The notes under the pieces: generated by a model | Databases searched by the model: none | What the model saw: only the letters and a program-made list of their open reading frames with translations | Told to the model about the DNA's origin: nothing | DNA from: Haliotis cracherodii | Taxonomy: Eukaryota | Assembly: GCF_022045235.1 (NCBI RefSeq) | Contig: NW_027266264.1 | Coordinates: forward strand, 76,136,001-76,200,000 | Direction: 5' to 3' | Length of the DNA: 64,000 nt | Made by a program: the position numbers and the translations under genes | In this document: positions 62,582-64,000 of the stretch, one piece after another | Numbering within the stretch: the stretch's first letter is position 1 | Layout: every line of letters begins with the position of its first letter

Positions 62582-63610
62582 ATGGCGTGCCTGAACAGCA
62601 CAATACTTGCTTCAACAAGAGAACTGTTTGTATTCCATATGCCAACCGTGATATTCCTTCTTCTGGTTTTGATGTTTGGAATATTTGGAAACCTCTTGGT
62701 GCTGTACATTTACACTCAGAAAATAAGGGTAGTCATTTTCGGATTTTTTGTTAGGGTTTTGGCTATATTTGACATAGTCACAACATGTGTAGCTGTGCCG
62801 GCCTTGATGATATTCCGGCTTACCTCCCCTGGATATATCGACGCTGAACGTATGTGCCAAATGATGATATTCGTGAACCACATCAATGCTCTTAATTCTG
62901 GATTAATGTTCATCATCATTGCAGTTCAAAGATACAAGAAAGTATGCCAACCACACAAATTGCAGATGTCAGAAATGCTTGCGAAAAAACTTTGCCTAAC
63001 TTCTGTCTGTGTTTCTGCAGTAGCGAGCATGCCAATCATATTTGTGGTAAGTGAAACGATGATGTGTATTGAAAGAGGAAGGGACTTTGTTCTTGTGCTC
63101 ATTTGTGATTTTACCTCTGATACGAAACGGAGCCTTCCGTCGATCATGTATGCAACCTGGGTTGGAGTTGAACTGGTAGGAATCACTACAACTCTTACTG
63201 TCTTGTATCGTGCTATTGTCAAAGCACTTAGAGCTCACATCAGGGATACTGCCGCCAGTATTCACCCCACACCCAATTCTAGCAGAGATGTAGCCAGGAC
63301 AGCTACTATCACCTTCTTTGTTCTTACTTTGGTGTTTCTAATCTCGTCAGCGCCAGTGGTTGTTCTGACTATATATTTCAGTTTGGTTAAATTCGACATT
63401 CATTGGTCCCATGCACAGTTCGGAGCCTATGATCTGGCTGTGAACTTGCAATTCCTCAACTGTGCCATCAATCCATTCGTATACAGCTCCACTTCATCTG
63501 TGTTCAGAAGGGAACTTAAGCATGTTCTCTGTCCCTTGAAATCTGGAGAGCAAACGTCCTCAACTCAGGAATCTCAGCTTCAAAGTCGACACATCATTCC
63601 AGCAACATAA
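62582..63610 (+). CDS. GPCR-7: intronless rhodopsin-class orphan GPCR, 342 aa (5' type B, 3' type X as in GPCR-2)
   Basis: MACLNST start; all 7TM motifs present; reading frame intact. Confidence 0.93.
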   Translation: MACLNSTILASTRELFVFHMPTVIFLLLVLMFGIFGNLLVLYIYTQKIRVVIFGFFVRVLAIFDIVTTCVAVPALMIFRLTSPGYIDAERMCQMMIFVNHINALNSGLMFIIIAVQRYKKVCQPHKLQMSEMLAKKLCLTSVCVSAVASMPIIFVVSETMMCIERGRDFVLVLICDFTSDTKRSLPSIMYATWVGVELVGITTTLTVLYRAIVKALRAHIRDTAASIHPTPNSSRDVARTATITFFVLTLVFLISSAPVVVLTIYFSLVKFDIHWSHAQFGAYDLAVNLQFLNCAINPFVYSSTSSVFRRELKHVLCPLKSGEQTSSTQESQLQSRHIIPAT

Positions 63611-63823
63611 ATAACATTCATCGTCCTTTATTGACTTGTACCATCTGTTCTCGTGTTCTGGTGAACGCTTGTATGTGTTTGTGGCGGTTGCCACAGGATA
63701 CGGGTTGACAGGATACGCTCAACTTTTCGCGAACACCTTGTATCGTCAAGAATTCATGATGATATGTTAACACATGTCTTGGAGATTTCTTACAAACATG
63801 GGAATTGTATGGCTGCTTTTATA

Positions 63824-64000
63824 CAATCTCATTAAAATCAGACCTTAGTTCTCGCTTCCGCTAAACAAAGATCTGAATACATTCCATTAGAGGTCACGTC
63901 AGAACGACCTTTCATCCGACTAATCAGAGCGTCGCTTACCAGATTATGAAAGTGACAGTCGGGATGTGATTTCTAATCAAGCAGCCTCGAAAACTTTAAC
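63824..64000. mobile_element. AcademH-like MITE at the same insertion site as 31954; runs off the window
   Basis: Identical junction GGCTGCTTTTATA|CAATCTCATT. Confidence 0.8.

Overview
Eukaryotic, AT-rich and repeat-dense invertebrate DNA. The SINE, HINE and minisatellite landscape suggests a mollusc, possibly an abalone-like gastropod (inference, not proven). The only host genes are a cluster of single-coding-exon, rhodopsin-class (family A) orphan GPCRs: six full-length 7TM ORFs (20907+, 30712+, 40543-, 47575-, ~53488-, 62582+) and one TM7/C-tail fragment (56446+). From 27.7 to 64 kb these genes sit in three interlocking inverted segmental duplications. The receptors are mosaics of interchangeable 5' modules (upstream DNA, N-terminus, TM1-3) and 3' modules (TM5-7, tail, flank), and amino-acid changes cluster at TM2-ECL1-TM3. 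The spacer of the innermost inverted pair is filled by an intron-containing Crypton (tyrosine-recombinase) element, which retains its catalytic residues but has three frameshifts, and by a long-TIR element whose end coincides with the arm boundary. The first 20 kb holds minisatellites and a decayed LTR retroelement with an F-type (errantivirus/baculovirus-like) envelope gene whose cytoplasmic tail carries PSAP and YPxL motifs. Also present: Tc1, pogo, hAT, AcademH-like, HINE and Penelope-like relics and three SINE-type families. There is one assembly gap (23721-23895). All comparisons were made by eye, so repeat boundaries are approximate unless a junction is quoted.
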